This document shows, piece after piece, positions 50,652 to 62,296 of a stretch of DNA of 64,000 nt. The translations under genes were made by a program, and so were the position numbers. The stretch is taken from contig OZ024740.1 of NCBI GenBank assembly GCA_964016885.1, positions 441,812,001 through 441,876,000 on the forward strand, given 5' to 3'. The notes beneath the pieces are model-generated. The model made no database searches. It was not told the origin of the DNA and saw nothing but the letters and a program-made list of their open reading frames with translations. This stretch comes from Eledone cirrhosa (taxonomy: Eukaryota). The first letter of the stretch is position 1. Each line of letters begins with the position of its first letter.

Positions 50652-51001
50652 TGCAAAAAATCTTACATCGGCATGACCTCCAACACCTTTAAGACCCGCT
50701 GGTATGCCATACCCACTCCTTCAGAAGACCGGATAAATCAAACCAAACAACACTCGCCTCCTACGTTTGGGACCTCAAAAGGAACTCCACCCCCTTCACG
50801 CTTAATTGGAAAATACTCCAGAAAGCGCGCTCTTACGACGGGGGACACAAGGGCTGCGACCTTTGTATTTCAGAGAGCTACGAAATTTTATTCGCCAAGG
50901 GCCCGCTACTGAACAAACTCTCTGAACACTGCCCGAACTGCATGCACAAGAACTTTGCAACATTCAAACACTTTAAGCCAGTGTTAAAGCCCGATGGCTA
51001 A
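50652..51001 (+). pseudogene. C-terminal part of a PLE GIY-YIG endonuclease (Naiad-like), one frameshift
   Basis: [19 protein letters not shown], then a 1-nt shift near 50708 to [97 protein letters not shown]. Motifs present: YIG, FKxR..H, WKIL, CxLC..E and LNK.SE..C.H. Confidence 0.88.
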
Positions 51002-51224
51002 AAACGACCTCCCCCTATTGGCCCCTATACCTCCTCCCCACCCTACCCCCACCCCTCCTCAACCTGAAATACGGCCACTATGGTCATGTGAGTACCTCTT
51101 TTGTATCTACTTTTTCTGCCTGTAGAGGTGTCTTTATGTGCCTGTGTATATGCGTATATTTATTGAGTACCTATTTACTTGTATGTGTATATATTTGTTT
51201 GTATATGTGTATATGTGTATGTGT

Positions 51225-51259
<35 letters not shown>

Positions 51260-51284
51260 GTGCATGTATATGTATGTGTGTATG

Positions 51285-51315
<31 letters not shown>

Positions 51316-51694
51316 GTATGTATGTGTGTATATATATATATATATATATGTGTATGTGTGTGTGTATATATATATGTGTGTGTATATATATATGTCTGTG
51401 TGAATACGTGTTTTATGTGTGTATATTTATGTAGGTATATGTTTGTATGTGTTTGTGTATATGTATGTATGTATGTATGTATGTGTGTGTGTGTATGTAT
51501 ATGTATGTATATGTGTGTGTATGTATATGTGTATATATATATATATATATAATATATATATATATATGTATGTATATGTATGTGTATGTGTGTGTATGTA
51601 TATATGTATGTATATGTGTATGTATATGTATGTTTGTATATATGTGTGTGTATATATTTATGTATATATATATGTATATATGTATATATATATG

Positions 51695-51732
<38 letters not shown>

Positions 51733-51953
51733 TGCGCGTGTGCGTATGTGTGTATATGTGTGCGTGTGTGTGTATATATATATATATGTGTATATATGTG
51801 TATATGTATGTGTTTGTGTGTATGTATATGTATATATGTGTGTATATATATATGTATATATATGTATATATATATATGTGTATATGTGTATATATGTGTG
51901 TGTGTGTATGTGTGTGTGTGTATGTATTTGTATGTGTATATATACATACACAC

Positions 51954-52024
<71 letters not shown>

Positions 52025-52133
52025 CATGAGAGAGAGAATGTGTGTGTGTGTGTATATATATTTTGTGTGTGGGGGTGTGTATGAGTGTATGCGCGCGTGT
52101 GTGTATATATATATATATATGTATGTGTGTATG

Positions 52134-52224
<91 letters not shown>

Positions 52225-52245
52225 ATGCGAGTGTATATGTGTATA

Positions 52246-52318
<73 letters not shown>

Positions 52319-52500
52319 ATGTATATATGTGTGTGTATATGTGCGTTATATCTCTGTATATATATGTGTATATTTATGTATAGGTCTGTGTATGCATGTG
52401 TATGTATGGATATATATATATATGTATATATGTGTGTATGTGTATGTATATGTATGTATGTATGTATGTGTATATGCATATATATATATGTATATATATG

Positions 52501-52547
<47 letters not shown>

Positions 52548-52642
52548 GTATTTGTATGTGTATGTATAGAGAGATATATATATATATATCTGTACGTATG
52601 TGTGTATGTGTGTACGTATATGTATGTGTGTGTGTATATGTA

Positions 52643-52766
<124 letters not shown>

Positions 52767-52806
52767 TATATGTGTATATATATGTGTGTTTGTATGTGTG
52801 TATATG

Positions 52807-52859
<53 letters not shown>

Positions 52860-52981
52860 ATGTGTGTGTGTATAGATATTTTATACATATGTATACTCGT
52901 GTTTGTATGTATGCGTGTGAGTGTATTTATTTGTGTATATATGTGTGTATCTGTGTATGTATGTGTATGTGTGTATGTATC

Positions 52982-53036
<55 letters not shown>

Positions 53037-53156
53037 ATGTATGTGTGTATATATATTTGTATATATAGTGTGTATTTGTATGTGTGTATATATATATGTA
53101 TGTATGTGTGTGTGTGTGTATATGTGTGTGTGTATATATATATGTGTATATGTGTA

Positions 53157-53211
<55 letters not shown>

Positions 53212-53912
53212 GTGTGTGCGTATGTATGTGTGTATATGTATTTTATATATGTATGTATGTATGTGTGTATGTATGTGTGTGTACATGAATATATATTTAT
53301 ATTTGTATATGTTTATATATTTTTTATATATGTGTGTGTGTTTTTATGTGTGTATATGTGTTTATGTGTGTCTTTATGGTTGCGCGTAAGTGTGTGAGTG
53401 AGTATGTGTGTTTTTTTTGTTTTTTAGGTGTGGTTTCTTGTTTTTCTGGTTTTTTTGTTTTATTGGGTTTTTTTGTTTTTTTGTGAATGTGTCTGTTGAT
53501 TTGGCATATTGTTGATTAGTTTAAGAGAAGTTCGAAGATAATAGTAAGATATGCACTCAGTATTTTGAATCTGTCTGCAGAATTCCCTAGACCTTTGTCA
53601 CTTAGCAGAACCTTAATGTAAAGAATCTCCCTTTCCTTTAATTCTATCGAGCATGAATGACCCCCCACTGATTTTATAGACATCTGCTAGCTCAAGAGAA
53701 ACTTATTGACAAGGAATGGTACGCCATCCAGAACCTGTTTATAGAATTCTGTCTGCCTTTGTTACTCTAAAAACATAAATAAATATAAATTAACTATAGC
53801 TATGTAGAATTAGCTTTTAATGAATTCCCTTCTCTATCAACCAATGACCTGCACCCATCCCACTCCCCACCCTCTCCTACCACTTGTAGAGACCTATAAA
53901 TACCATATTTAT

Positions 53913-53988
53913 TTTTGATACCCAGATTCCTGATGATTTCTAATGAATGAAACAGTTCTAGTCCTGTAGAATCTCATCTATATTAAAA
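53913..53988 (+). ncRNA. Type I hammerhead ribozyme motif (family B) at the PLE 3' end
   Basis: Stem I AGATTC (53924-29)/GAATCT (53969-74), extended by TTTTGATA/TATTAAAA. CTGATGA at 53930-36. Stem II TTC-taat-GAA closed by an atypical U.U. GAAA, then stem III ACAG/CTGT. GTA cleavage after 53968. Confidence 0.8.
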
Positions 53989-54088
53989 CTATATATATAT
54001 ATATATATATTTGATATATATATTTGATTTTTAGTCCAGAATTAGCCGTGGGAACGGCTTGAGCTCAGCCGTCGGGGTCCTACTTTTT

Positions 54089-54141
<53 letters not shown>

Positions 54142-54146
<5 letters not shown>

Positions 54147-54328
54147 AAGTTATTCCGGGTTGAATCGGAGGTAACCACAGTAAGTAAAGTACTCAATACA
54201 TAGCAGAGTATAAAAGTTTTAATATAGATGAGATTCTACAGGACTAGAACTGTTTCATTCTTGAGAAATCATCAGGAATCTCTGGTGATTTCTCAAGAAT
54301 GAAACACTTCTTGTCCTGTAGAATCTCA

Positions 54329-54332
<4 letters not shown>
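54142..54332 (-). mobile_element. Miniature fold-back derivative of the same PLE end, in (TA)n
   Basis: 54148-54281 matches 48174-48306 with a few substitutions, and 54282-54332 is its inverted copy. There is an intact-core HHR on the minus strand (54231-54281) and a damaged one (CTGGTGA) on the plus strand. Confidence 0.85.
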
Positions 54333-54379
<47 letters not shown>

Positions 54380-54489
54380 AAGATGAATATAAAATGAAAT
54401 TGCTTTTATAAAGGAATTTATTAGGTATTGACATATGTTTCTGTAACAGACGGAATACCTATGTATCGCTGCTTGCGCAATCATATAAT

Positions 54490-54673
54490 TGTTTCTACTT
54501 TAGGCACAAGGCCAACAATTAACCAGTACATTACTGGTACTTTATTTTATCGACCCCGTAAGGATGAAAGGCAAAGTTAACCTCGACGGGAGTTGAACTC
54601 AGACCGTAAAGGGACGTAACTATGCTGGAAAGCATGGCGTCCGACTCTCTACCGATACTGCCAATCCACCGCC
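54490..54673 (-). mobile_element. Full-length tRNA-derived SINE (family 1) with an 18-bp target-site duplication
   Basis: A-box-like TGGCAGTATCGG and B box GAGTTCAACTCCC. TSD CTTGCGCAATCATATAAT (54472-89) / CTTGCGTAATCATATAAT (54674-91). Confidence 0.92.
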
Positions 54674-55412
54674 CTTGCGTAATCATATAATGCTAGCAAG
54701 TATTCGATAGCAAATGTATAATCAGTTGTCATTTCTTCAGAGATATTGGATAAATTGGAAAAATCAGAAAAATTGAAGTATTTATATTAGTCGTAAGAAA
54801 GGAAGAAGAGAGGGGATAGTATATGACAGATGGCAATTCAATTTACTGGTAAACAAGTATATAAAAGGTTTCTAATGAGAATACAATGAGTATATGGTTT
54901 ATTTTATCTAAATAAGAATTTTTGGGAGTGCCTATTTTAATCAATACTTGACCAATTGAACAATGGACAGGGCTGGTCGTTTGGTGTAGTAGTATTAATA
55001 GATATAAAGTGTCAATTAAGGAAGAGGGAGATTTTCACTGCTACTGAATAACAACAATGCTGGTAGCCTGCTGGTATATGCATTAGGGAATTGAATTAAG
55101 AAATCTCATTTTATCTATAGCAGTATATATTATCTTCCAACGGATTTTTAACCTCTCTCTGTAAAACAATATATTTTTCTCAGTTATAAAAGCTATCACT
55201 CTCTCTCTCTATCACCCATCTCTCCTCCTATCTCATCCTTCCTTATTATACTCCTCCCCCTCCATTCCTTACTCTCATCTCCTCCTCTTTTTCATCCTTT
55301 CCACACCCCCACACCCCCATTTTTTCTCCCAATATCACACATCAATCTTAAACTACTTTTCATATGTTGATTTAAAACTGCACTATTCACAAGTGTTTTT
55401 TTAACCTTCATA

Positions 55413-55499
55413 TCATGTCTCCCTATTTTATCTGATGAAAACGCAAATGTCATCGTATGATGATATTTGTTTTTGAAATGCGCATAATAAAATACATGG
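55413..55499 (+). ncRNA. Type I hammerhead ribozyme motif (family C) with long stem II
   Basis: Stem I TATTTTAT (55424-31)/ATAAAATA (55487-94). CTGATGA at 55432-38. Stem II CAAATGTCATC-gtat-GATGATATTTG plus AAA/TTT. GAAA at 55475-78, palindromic stem III ATGCGCAT, ATA cleavage after 55486. (TA)n starts about 40 nt downstream. Confidence 0.82.
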
Positions 55500-55524
55500 A
55501 ACTCTTTTAACCATCTTTTGATCT

Positions 55525-55568
<44 letters not shown>

Positions 55569-55909
55569 CATTATAAAGAAAGAAGAAACATTAGATATAA
55601 TTAATAAGATATACCATACCCAAATTTCCCTATTATCCTCGACTACGTAGTTTCGTGGCTTATTATGCAAAAACTACATCACAGAGATGCAGTATTTCTG
55701 TGAGGTTTGCCGACTTATCAAGAAGATACCTCATTTAGAGTTTCAAAACACGTCCATAGTACTAAGTACTAACCGGTTACTGGTATAACAAAAGGCTCAA
55801 TGCAAATTATCAAGTGTTTTACAGAGCCGAGATACAAAGTGTTTAAACAATCAAATCTTAGTTTAATACATTTATGTATTAAACTAAGATTTGATTGTTT
55901 TAACACTTT

Positions 55910-55966
<57 letters not shown>

Positions 55967-56246
55967 GTGCGTGGGGGGGGGTGTACATGTATATGTATAT
56001 ATTAAAGTCCGCTATTGTCAAATTATCATAAGTGGCAGTTACAATAACAACAGAAATAATAATAAACAAGATGACTAACCTGTAAATTAAAAGACCAGCT
56101 TGGATTGTGTTGAGCAAGTAGTCGTGTTGTGTTATGAACAGATGGCAGAGCTCTGTTATATTTATATGTGATTTAGTTTTGACGTGGCAACAGCAAACAT
56201 ATCCGTCAAACTATTGGATAGACAACAGAACGATGATTATCTAGAG

Positions 56247-56345
56247 TAAAGGTTCTCAACGGTGGGCACATGCCCCCCCCCGGGGGGGGGCGTTATGCTG
56301 TGAGGTGGCGTTGGGGGGCGTTGTTATGCAGTAAGGGGGCGTTTG
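56247..56345 (+). mobile_element. Left terminus of a Buster/Charlie-type hAT DNA transposon
   Basis: TAAAGGTTCTCAAC resembles CAGTGGTTCTCAAC TIRs. It is followed by a C9/G9 subterminal palindrome and GGGGGCGTT repeats, and preceded by ATCTAGAG (56239-46), which fits the NTCTAGAN Charlie target site. Confidence 0.7.
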
Positions 56346-56823
56346 AAACTTTGAGGGCGCTAGAAGCCCCTTTAGTTTGGTAAGTTTGATAAGTCATATT
56401 TGTACGTCTCTTAGACAATCAGTGATTTGAATGAAGAAAACGAAGAAAATAAATAAAAGAAGCTGGTCAACGAATTCCCTAGGGAGATAAAAGAAAATCA
56501 AAAGAAATCAAAGAGAATGAAAGTAAGGACTCCTTCAACAGAAATGACAAGAAGAAGCAATGGTGGTGAACATACACACACACACATATATACACATACA
56601 TACACACACATATATACACACGCAGGTCGGCATTAGTGTTTGATGAGGTTGAGGACCAGGTCAGCTTTCAGCCAGAAGTGTGGTATTTATCTCCCTAGGT
56701 AATAAAATCTGGCGACAAAAATGTTCTCCTTACCAAAAAAAGAAGACATAGATCATATCAACATCTTTACACACTTAAATATAAATGTATGTATGTATAT
56801 ATGTATGTATGTAAGTATATATA

Positions 56824-56858
<35 letters not shown>

Positions 56859-56972
56859 CATATTATATATATATAGATTTATTCCAATTTCTAATTTCTG
56901 CCGGACCGGCAACCGCTCTTTCAAACCAGTTCCTGTACACAGCTAAGTATTCTATAAGTCTCTAGCTGTGTC

Positions 56973-57061
56973 ATTCTCGATAAAAGCACTGGATATGTAG
57001 TCCTGATGAATTCTAACAAGAATGAAACGCGTAGATTACTTCCCTTGCTTTTATCGAGAAT
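56973..57061 (+). ncRNA. Minimal type I hammerhead ribozyme (family E), copy 1
   Basis: Stem I GTAGTC/GATTAC, extended by GGA/TCC and a perfect 16-bp ATTCTCGATAAAAGCA/TGCTTTTATCGAGAAT. CTGATGA at 57003-09, stem II ATTCT-aaca-AGAAT, GAAA, palindromic ACGCGT, GTA cleavage after 57033. Confidence 0.9.
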
Positions 57062-57282
57062 CTAATTGTAATACGTGACGTATTCTATTCTATAGCGATT
57101 AGGTCTTCAAAATGTTTATTATAAACATACAGAATATTTTCGAATATTCTATGTCTATATTCATATATATATCGCTATTTCAGAGCATTTATTCCAATTT
57201 CTAATTTCTGCCGGACCGGCAACCGCTCTTTCAAACCAGTTCCTGTACACAGCTAAGTATTCTATAAGTCTCTAGCTGTGTC

Positions 57283-57371
57283 ATTCTCGATAAAAGCACT
57301 GGATATGTAGTCCTGATGAATTCTAACAAGAATGAAACGCGTAGATTACTTCCCTTGCTTTTATCGAGAAT
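57283..57371 (+). ncRNA. Minimal type I hammerhead ribozyme (family E), copy 2
   Basis: Identical to copy 1, offset 310 bp. Predicted cleavage after 57343. Confidence 0.9.
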
Positions 57372-57476
57372 CTAATTGTAATACGTGACGTATTCTATTC
57401 TATAGCGATTAGGTCTTCAAAATGTTTATTATAAACATACAGAATATTTTCGAATATTCTATGTCTATATTCATAT

Positions 57477-57477
<1 letters not shown>

Positions 57478-57532
<55 letters not shown>

Positions 57533-57537
57533 TATAT

Positions 57538-57586
<49 letters not shown>

Positions 57587-57594
57587 TATATATA

Positions 57595-57641
<47 letters not shown>

Positions 57642-57650
57642 ATATGTATG

Positions 57651-57682
<32 letters not shown>

Positions 57683-57694
57683 ATATATATATAC

Positions 57695-57768
<74 letters not shown>

Positions 57769-57803
57769 ATATATATATATATAATATATATATATATACA
57801 TAC

Positions 57804-57896
<93 letters not shown>

Positions 57897-57925
57897 ATAC
57901 ATACATATATATATATATGTATGTA
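57478..57925. repeat. Long imperfect (TA)n microsatellite
   Basis: Directly visible. Confidence 0.97.
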
Positions 57926-58480
57926 TAGCCGAATAGCTGTGTTATATTTAACCATTCTGTCGAGAGCTTCATTCGATTTGTGATATTTTGCATTTTCGCA
58001 ATATTATACACAGATGAATTCAATCACCTAATTTAGGTGTTGCCTCCCTTGCTGAACCCCACGTGGGGGTCAGTTACAGACACAGCTATGTGGACTTTCG
58101 AACTGAATCCCGTTGACAACGCGTACTCCTAGTTCAGTCAGGATACGAGAAACTTAACATCCTTTATGTAAGTGGACAGTAAATGACTTATGGAGCCGCA
58201 GAAACCCCAACACTGGACTTTACCATCATTCCAGGGGTCCGGTGAGTATCAAACATGTATATTTTCATATATTTTTATATCTGTATATCTGTTTGACCCG
58301 AAATAGGAGATCGAATCTTCGATGTGTGGATGATTAGTTTAACCACCATCTCAGTGTGTTTGGCCTTTAACGTAAGTTGTAAGCTCTAATTCTTTTGAGT
58401 TATTGACCGCTTGCCTCACAATTCGAAAGTGTTTTCTCGTTATTTCATGGGCTGAAATTCGATTCTCGCTAATTTTTACT

Positions 58481-58481
<1 letters not shown>

Positions 58482-58540
<59 letters not shown>

Positions 58541-58830
58541 TACATACATATATATAAATATACATACATACATATATATATAAATATACATACATATATA
58601 TATATAAATATACATACATACATATATATATAAATATACATACATATAGATATAAATATACATACATACACATATATATAAATATACATACATACATATA
58701 TATATAAATCTACAAACATACATATATATAAATCTACATACATACATATATATAAATCTACATACATATATACATACATACATTTACGTATGTATATAGC
58801 TATGCATTTATACATTTGTATATATACATG
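58482..58830. repeat. (TA)n grading into (ATATATATAAATATACATAC)-like low-complexity repeat
   Basis: Directly visible. Confidence 0.9.
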
Positions 58831-58862
58831 CATTTATATTTAAGTGTGAAAGGTTATATATT

Positions 58863-58974
<112 letters not shown>

Positions 58975-58995
58975 AATATATATATATATATTTAT

Positions 58996-59260
58996 GCAGT
59001 GTGACAAGAAGCTTGTTTCCCAACCACATATTTCCGGGTTCAGTCCCACTGCCCGGGCCGACCAAAGCCCTGTGAGTGGATTTGATAGATCGAAACTAAA
59101 AAAAGCCTGTCGTATACATGTATATATGTCTGTGTGTGTCTTTGCGTTTGCGTTTGTATTTGCCCTCCCACCAATGCTTGTTGGTTTGTTGACGTCTCCA
59201 TAACATACCAAGGTGATGCTCCAGCATGGCGTAGTCCAGAGACAGAAAAAAAAGTAAAAT
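58996..59260 (+). mobile_element. tRNA-derived SINE (family 2), internally deleted, with internal microsatellite
   Basis: tRNA-like head with B box GGGTTCAGTCCC, body GGGCCGACCAAAGCCCTGTGAGTGGATTTG and tail GCTCCAGCATGGC...AAAAGTAAAA shared with 48009-48068. Confidence 0.75.
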
Positions 59261-59282
59261 ATGTCCGTATGTGTGTGTGTAG

Positions 59283-59458
59283 AAGGGGGCTCTCAAACTC
59301 AAGGACACAAAAGTGCTATTACGTCCTGGAGGAGAGGCACAGGGCTCCAAACGTGGTGGTGGGTGAACATTTTCACCAGTTATAATGCTATATGAAATAT
59401 TGGTTCTACCACGGGCCACAGATAAGTAGTTCGCGGGCCGCATGTGTGAGCCTCCCTG
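59283..59458. mobile_element. Degenerate hAT-type MITE
   Basis: Imperfect TIRs AAGGGGGCTCTCAAAC / GTGTGAGCCTCCCTG and subterminal CGGGCCAC and GCGGGCCGCA motifs typical of Charlie-like MITEs. No clear TSD. Confidence 0.5.
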
Positions 59459-59542
59459 TTGGAGATAGATAGATAGATAGATGTGTACCAAACACACACA
59501 CATTTCTTACGCTCTCTGTCCCTCCCTCTTTCTCTCTTCATT

Positions 59543-59580
<38 letters not shown>

Positions 59581-59844
59581 GAGCGTTGTTATTTGGTGTT
59601 GTTGAAAAGAGCAATGGCCTTTGACCTGGCAATAAAAAACTGTAGACAAAATTCTTCCTGTACGCAAACCAATATATATATACATAGATAGATACACAGA
59701 CACACACAAACACACATAGACACGCACACACGCACACACACATACATACACACACACAAACTTGTGTGTGTGTATATATATGTGTGTGTGTGTGTGCGTG
59801 TGCATGCGTGTCTATGTGTGTTTGTGTGTGTCTGTGTATCTATC

Positions 59845-59881
<37 letters not shown>

Positions 59882-60279
59882 GATACAAATACTAGTTTCT
59901 CACTGTCCCCAAGCATCATTCGTTGCTAAGTATTTTATTTTGCTACGAGGTATTTTATTTTGCAAGGTACTATTTTCCCCCTGAGTTTGTGATTTCAGAG
60001 AAAGGTAAGAAATTCTTCATATTTTATATCTTTTGTATTTTGACTTTACAGTTTGAATTGTAGAATTGTTTATTCAATCAAAATATTACAACCGCTAACA
60101 GTGAAATATAGAATTTTAAAAAAAAAGCTTTTTCGACTGAAATCAAGTCTTTGAGAACATTCACGTCTATTTTTCAAAAATATATAATTTGAAATAGTTT
60201 GCTTTTGTTTTGAATTGAAACTTTTTTTGTATTTAATTCGTACGGGTATTTTTTAAACATCATTCTAACATAACTTGAT

Positions 60280-61302
60280 TTGGCCCATTACGTGCACTGC
60301 GGCATTCATATTTCTCAACTTATTATAACTAAGTCTGTACAACAACCTTCACTTATCAAAAATGTTCTAGGTTGCGTGAGTGGATTGCGGAAACTATATA
60401 GTACATCAGGAAAATTTAAGCAAGCATATTTATCACAACATGATGAAGAAAATGAAGTATCGTCACCACGCTCCTTAACACCTGTGTGCCCTACTCGATG
60501 GCTAACACGACTTTCTGCAGTCAAAGCCCTTCTTGACAATTATTCAGATGTCCCTATTTATTTACAAGAGGCAACAAATGAGTTTGACATTGCATCCAGA
60601 GCTAATGTTATTCTTACGTGTCACTCTCCGGGCCAATGTGTCCTTGGATTGCACGTTGTAGTTCCATTACTTCAATTCCTTGAAGGATTGAACAAATATT
60701 TTCAAAGTACCACCTTCAATCTAGGTAGCATGTTGCATAGTGTCAAACTGGTGCAGGAGGAGCTAAAAAAAATCTACGCAGTGAAGAAAAATTTCAGGAG
60801 CTGTTCAATACAGCAGAAAAAATGATTTATCAACTCGATATTTCTCCTTTGGAGCTACCCAGGCAACGAAAAGTTCCTAAAAGATACCAGGAATGGAAAT
60901 GTTTGTGCTGAAGTGATCATACATTATCCAGAGCTGGATGAATTTTCTTTAAGGAACGAAATACTTTTTTATAGAAATCATCATAGTGGATCATCTCTCG
61001 AGGATCATCGTAAAATATTCGGTGAAATGCAACCAGAAGTCCGTCGCATGTTTCTAAATGATGTGCGATTGTTCAGGCTACTTTTAATGTTTCCAACCAG
61101 TTCTTGTGAAGCTGAAAGATCTTTTAGCGCTCTGCAGAGACTCAAAACTTGGTTGCGATCGACCATGACTCAACAAAGGTTGAATCATATTCTAATATGA
61201 GACGTTCATAAAGATGTTTTGAAAAATATTAGTTGTGAAGAAGTTGCTAAATTATTTATTGACAGCAATGATGCGAGATATGATACATTTGGAAAGTTCT
61301 AA
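60280..61302 (+). pseudogene. hAT transposase remnant (ZMYM1-like/Tip100 type), C-terminal part
   Basis: VHCGIH (CxxH), CPTRW and SSCEAERSFSALQRLKTWLRSTMTQQRLNHIL dimerisation motif. Frameshifts, a probable internal deletion near 60900 and an in-frame TGA at 61198, after which the frame continues DVHKD...RYDTFGKF*. Confidence 0.9.
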
Positions 61303-61520
61303 AAGACAATAAATTTACTTTATATGATTTTTATTCAAACGTCTGTTTTATTTTTTGTTTATTTGATATAATAAATACTTTTTAAGCTTATTTTTTTTTT
61401 TTATATCTGGACTTCATTTGAATATATAAAATTTAATTAGCATAAAGAAATTTTTACTTATGTGATAGGGTTCAGGAAAGACACCATAAGTAATACTAAA
61501 ATGCTCCAACAAATGTTGCT

Positions 61521-61558
61521 TTGTCCCCCTCACATTTTTAAGGCAAACGAGGCCCCTG
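61521..61558 (-). mobile_element. Candidate right TIR of the 60.3-61.3 kb hAT element
   Basis: A GC-rich end reading CAGGGGCCTCGTTTGCC on the minus strand after an AT-rich 3' UTR. No matching left TIR seen. Confidence 0.45.
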
Positions 61559-62296
61559 GAAAAGAGCAACATTATTTAGTGACCCGTTCATCACCGTGAT
61601 CGGCTTGACCTCGATACTTCAGCTCATTCTTACTAACATTCGGTTTACTTGACCCCATCTTATCTTCATTGCATTTCCACATCATTTATTCTATAACTAG
61701 GTTGTTGCTATTCCTATATAAACTGACTGTTTATACTACGATCAAGTCTTGTTATAGCCTTGGGTTTAAGGAAATGCTTTTGTAGTCTTCAACAATCATC
61801 CATTATAATTGCAGCACCATTACAAGAATATCACAGTGATGCATTAAGTTAAGGGCGATAATTTGAGTAACTCTGACTAATAAGTAATGTCTTAACTTAG
61901 TATTATCGCGTCTTATCACTACGTGCTTAATTGATGAATTCCATTTCAAAATAGCACATTACTAGTCATTCTTGCATTAAGTTCTCTTGAACTCGTTGCC
62001 TCGTTGATCCTTTATTGAGTCTGCCACCTTAATTCCCTCAAGCTAAGTTATTACTATTCCTACATGAAAGACTGGTTAATCTTCATATATAACTTGTCTC
62101 GACTTGGTTAATTAATGACAGTATTTGTCTTTTTCATTGCAGTTTTGTTTATTACAAAGTGTTATTCCAGAACATTACTTGAAACTTTATCATACTGGAA
62201 CAGGACTCATTATAGTAAGTTCCTTATACATAATTTTATAGGCTTATATAAGCAAATCTTTGCGTAACTTTACCAAACACATTCGCTAAACAGAAA

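Larger units (their letters stand above)
56877..57477 (+). mobile_element. Tandem dimer of a hammerhead-containing non-coding unit (310-bp period), retrozyme-like or PLE pseudo-LTR, in (TA)n
   Basis: 56877-57167 and 57187-57477 are apparently identical 291-bp copies separated by 19 bp. Each carries one HHR. (TA)n lies on both sides. Confidence 0.88.

Noticed and set aside
54490-54673. Functional tRNA gene
   Set aside because: A and B boxes are present but there is no complete cloverleaf. The unrelated tail, multiple copies and TSD indicate a SINE.
58013-58241. Candidate coding exon (CAG acceptor to GTGAGT donor)
   Set aside because: Stop codons occur in all three plus-strand frames.
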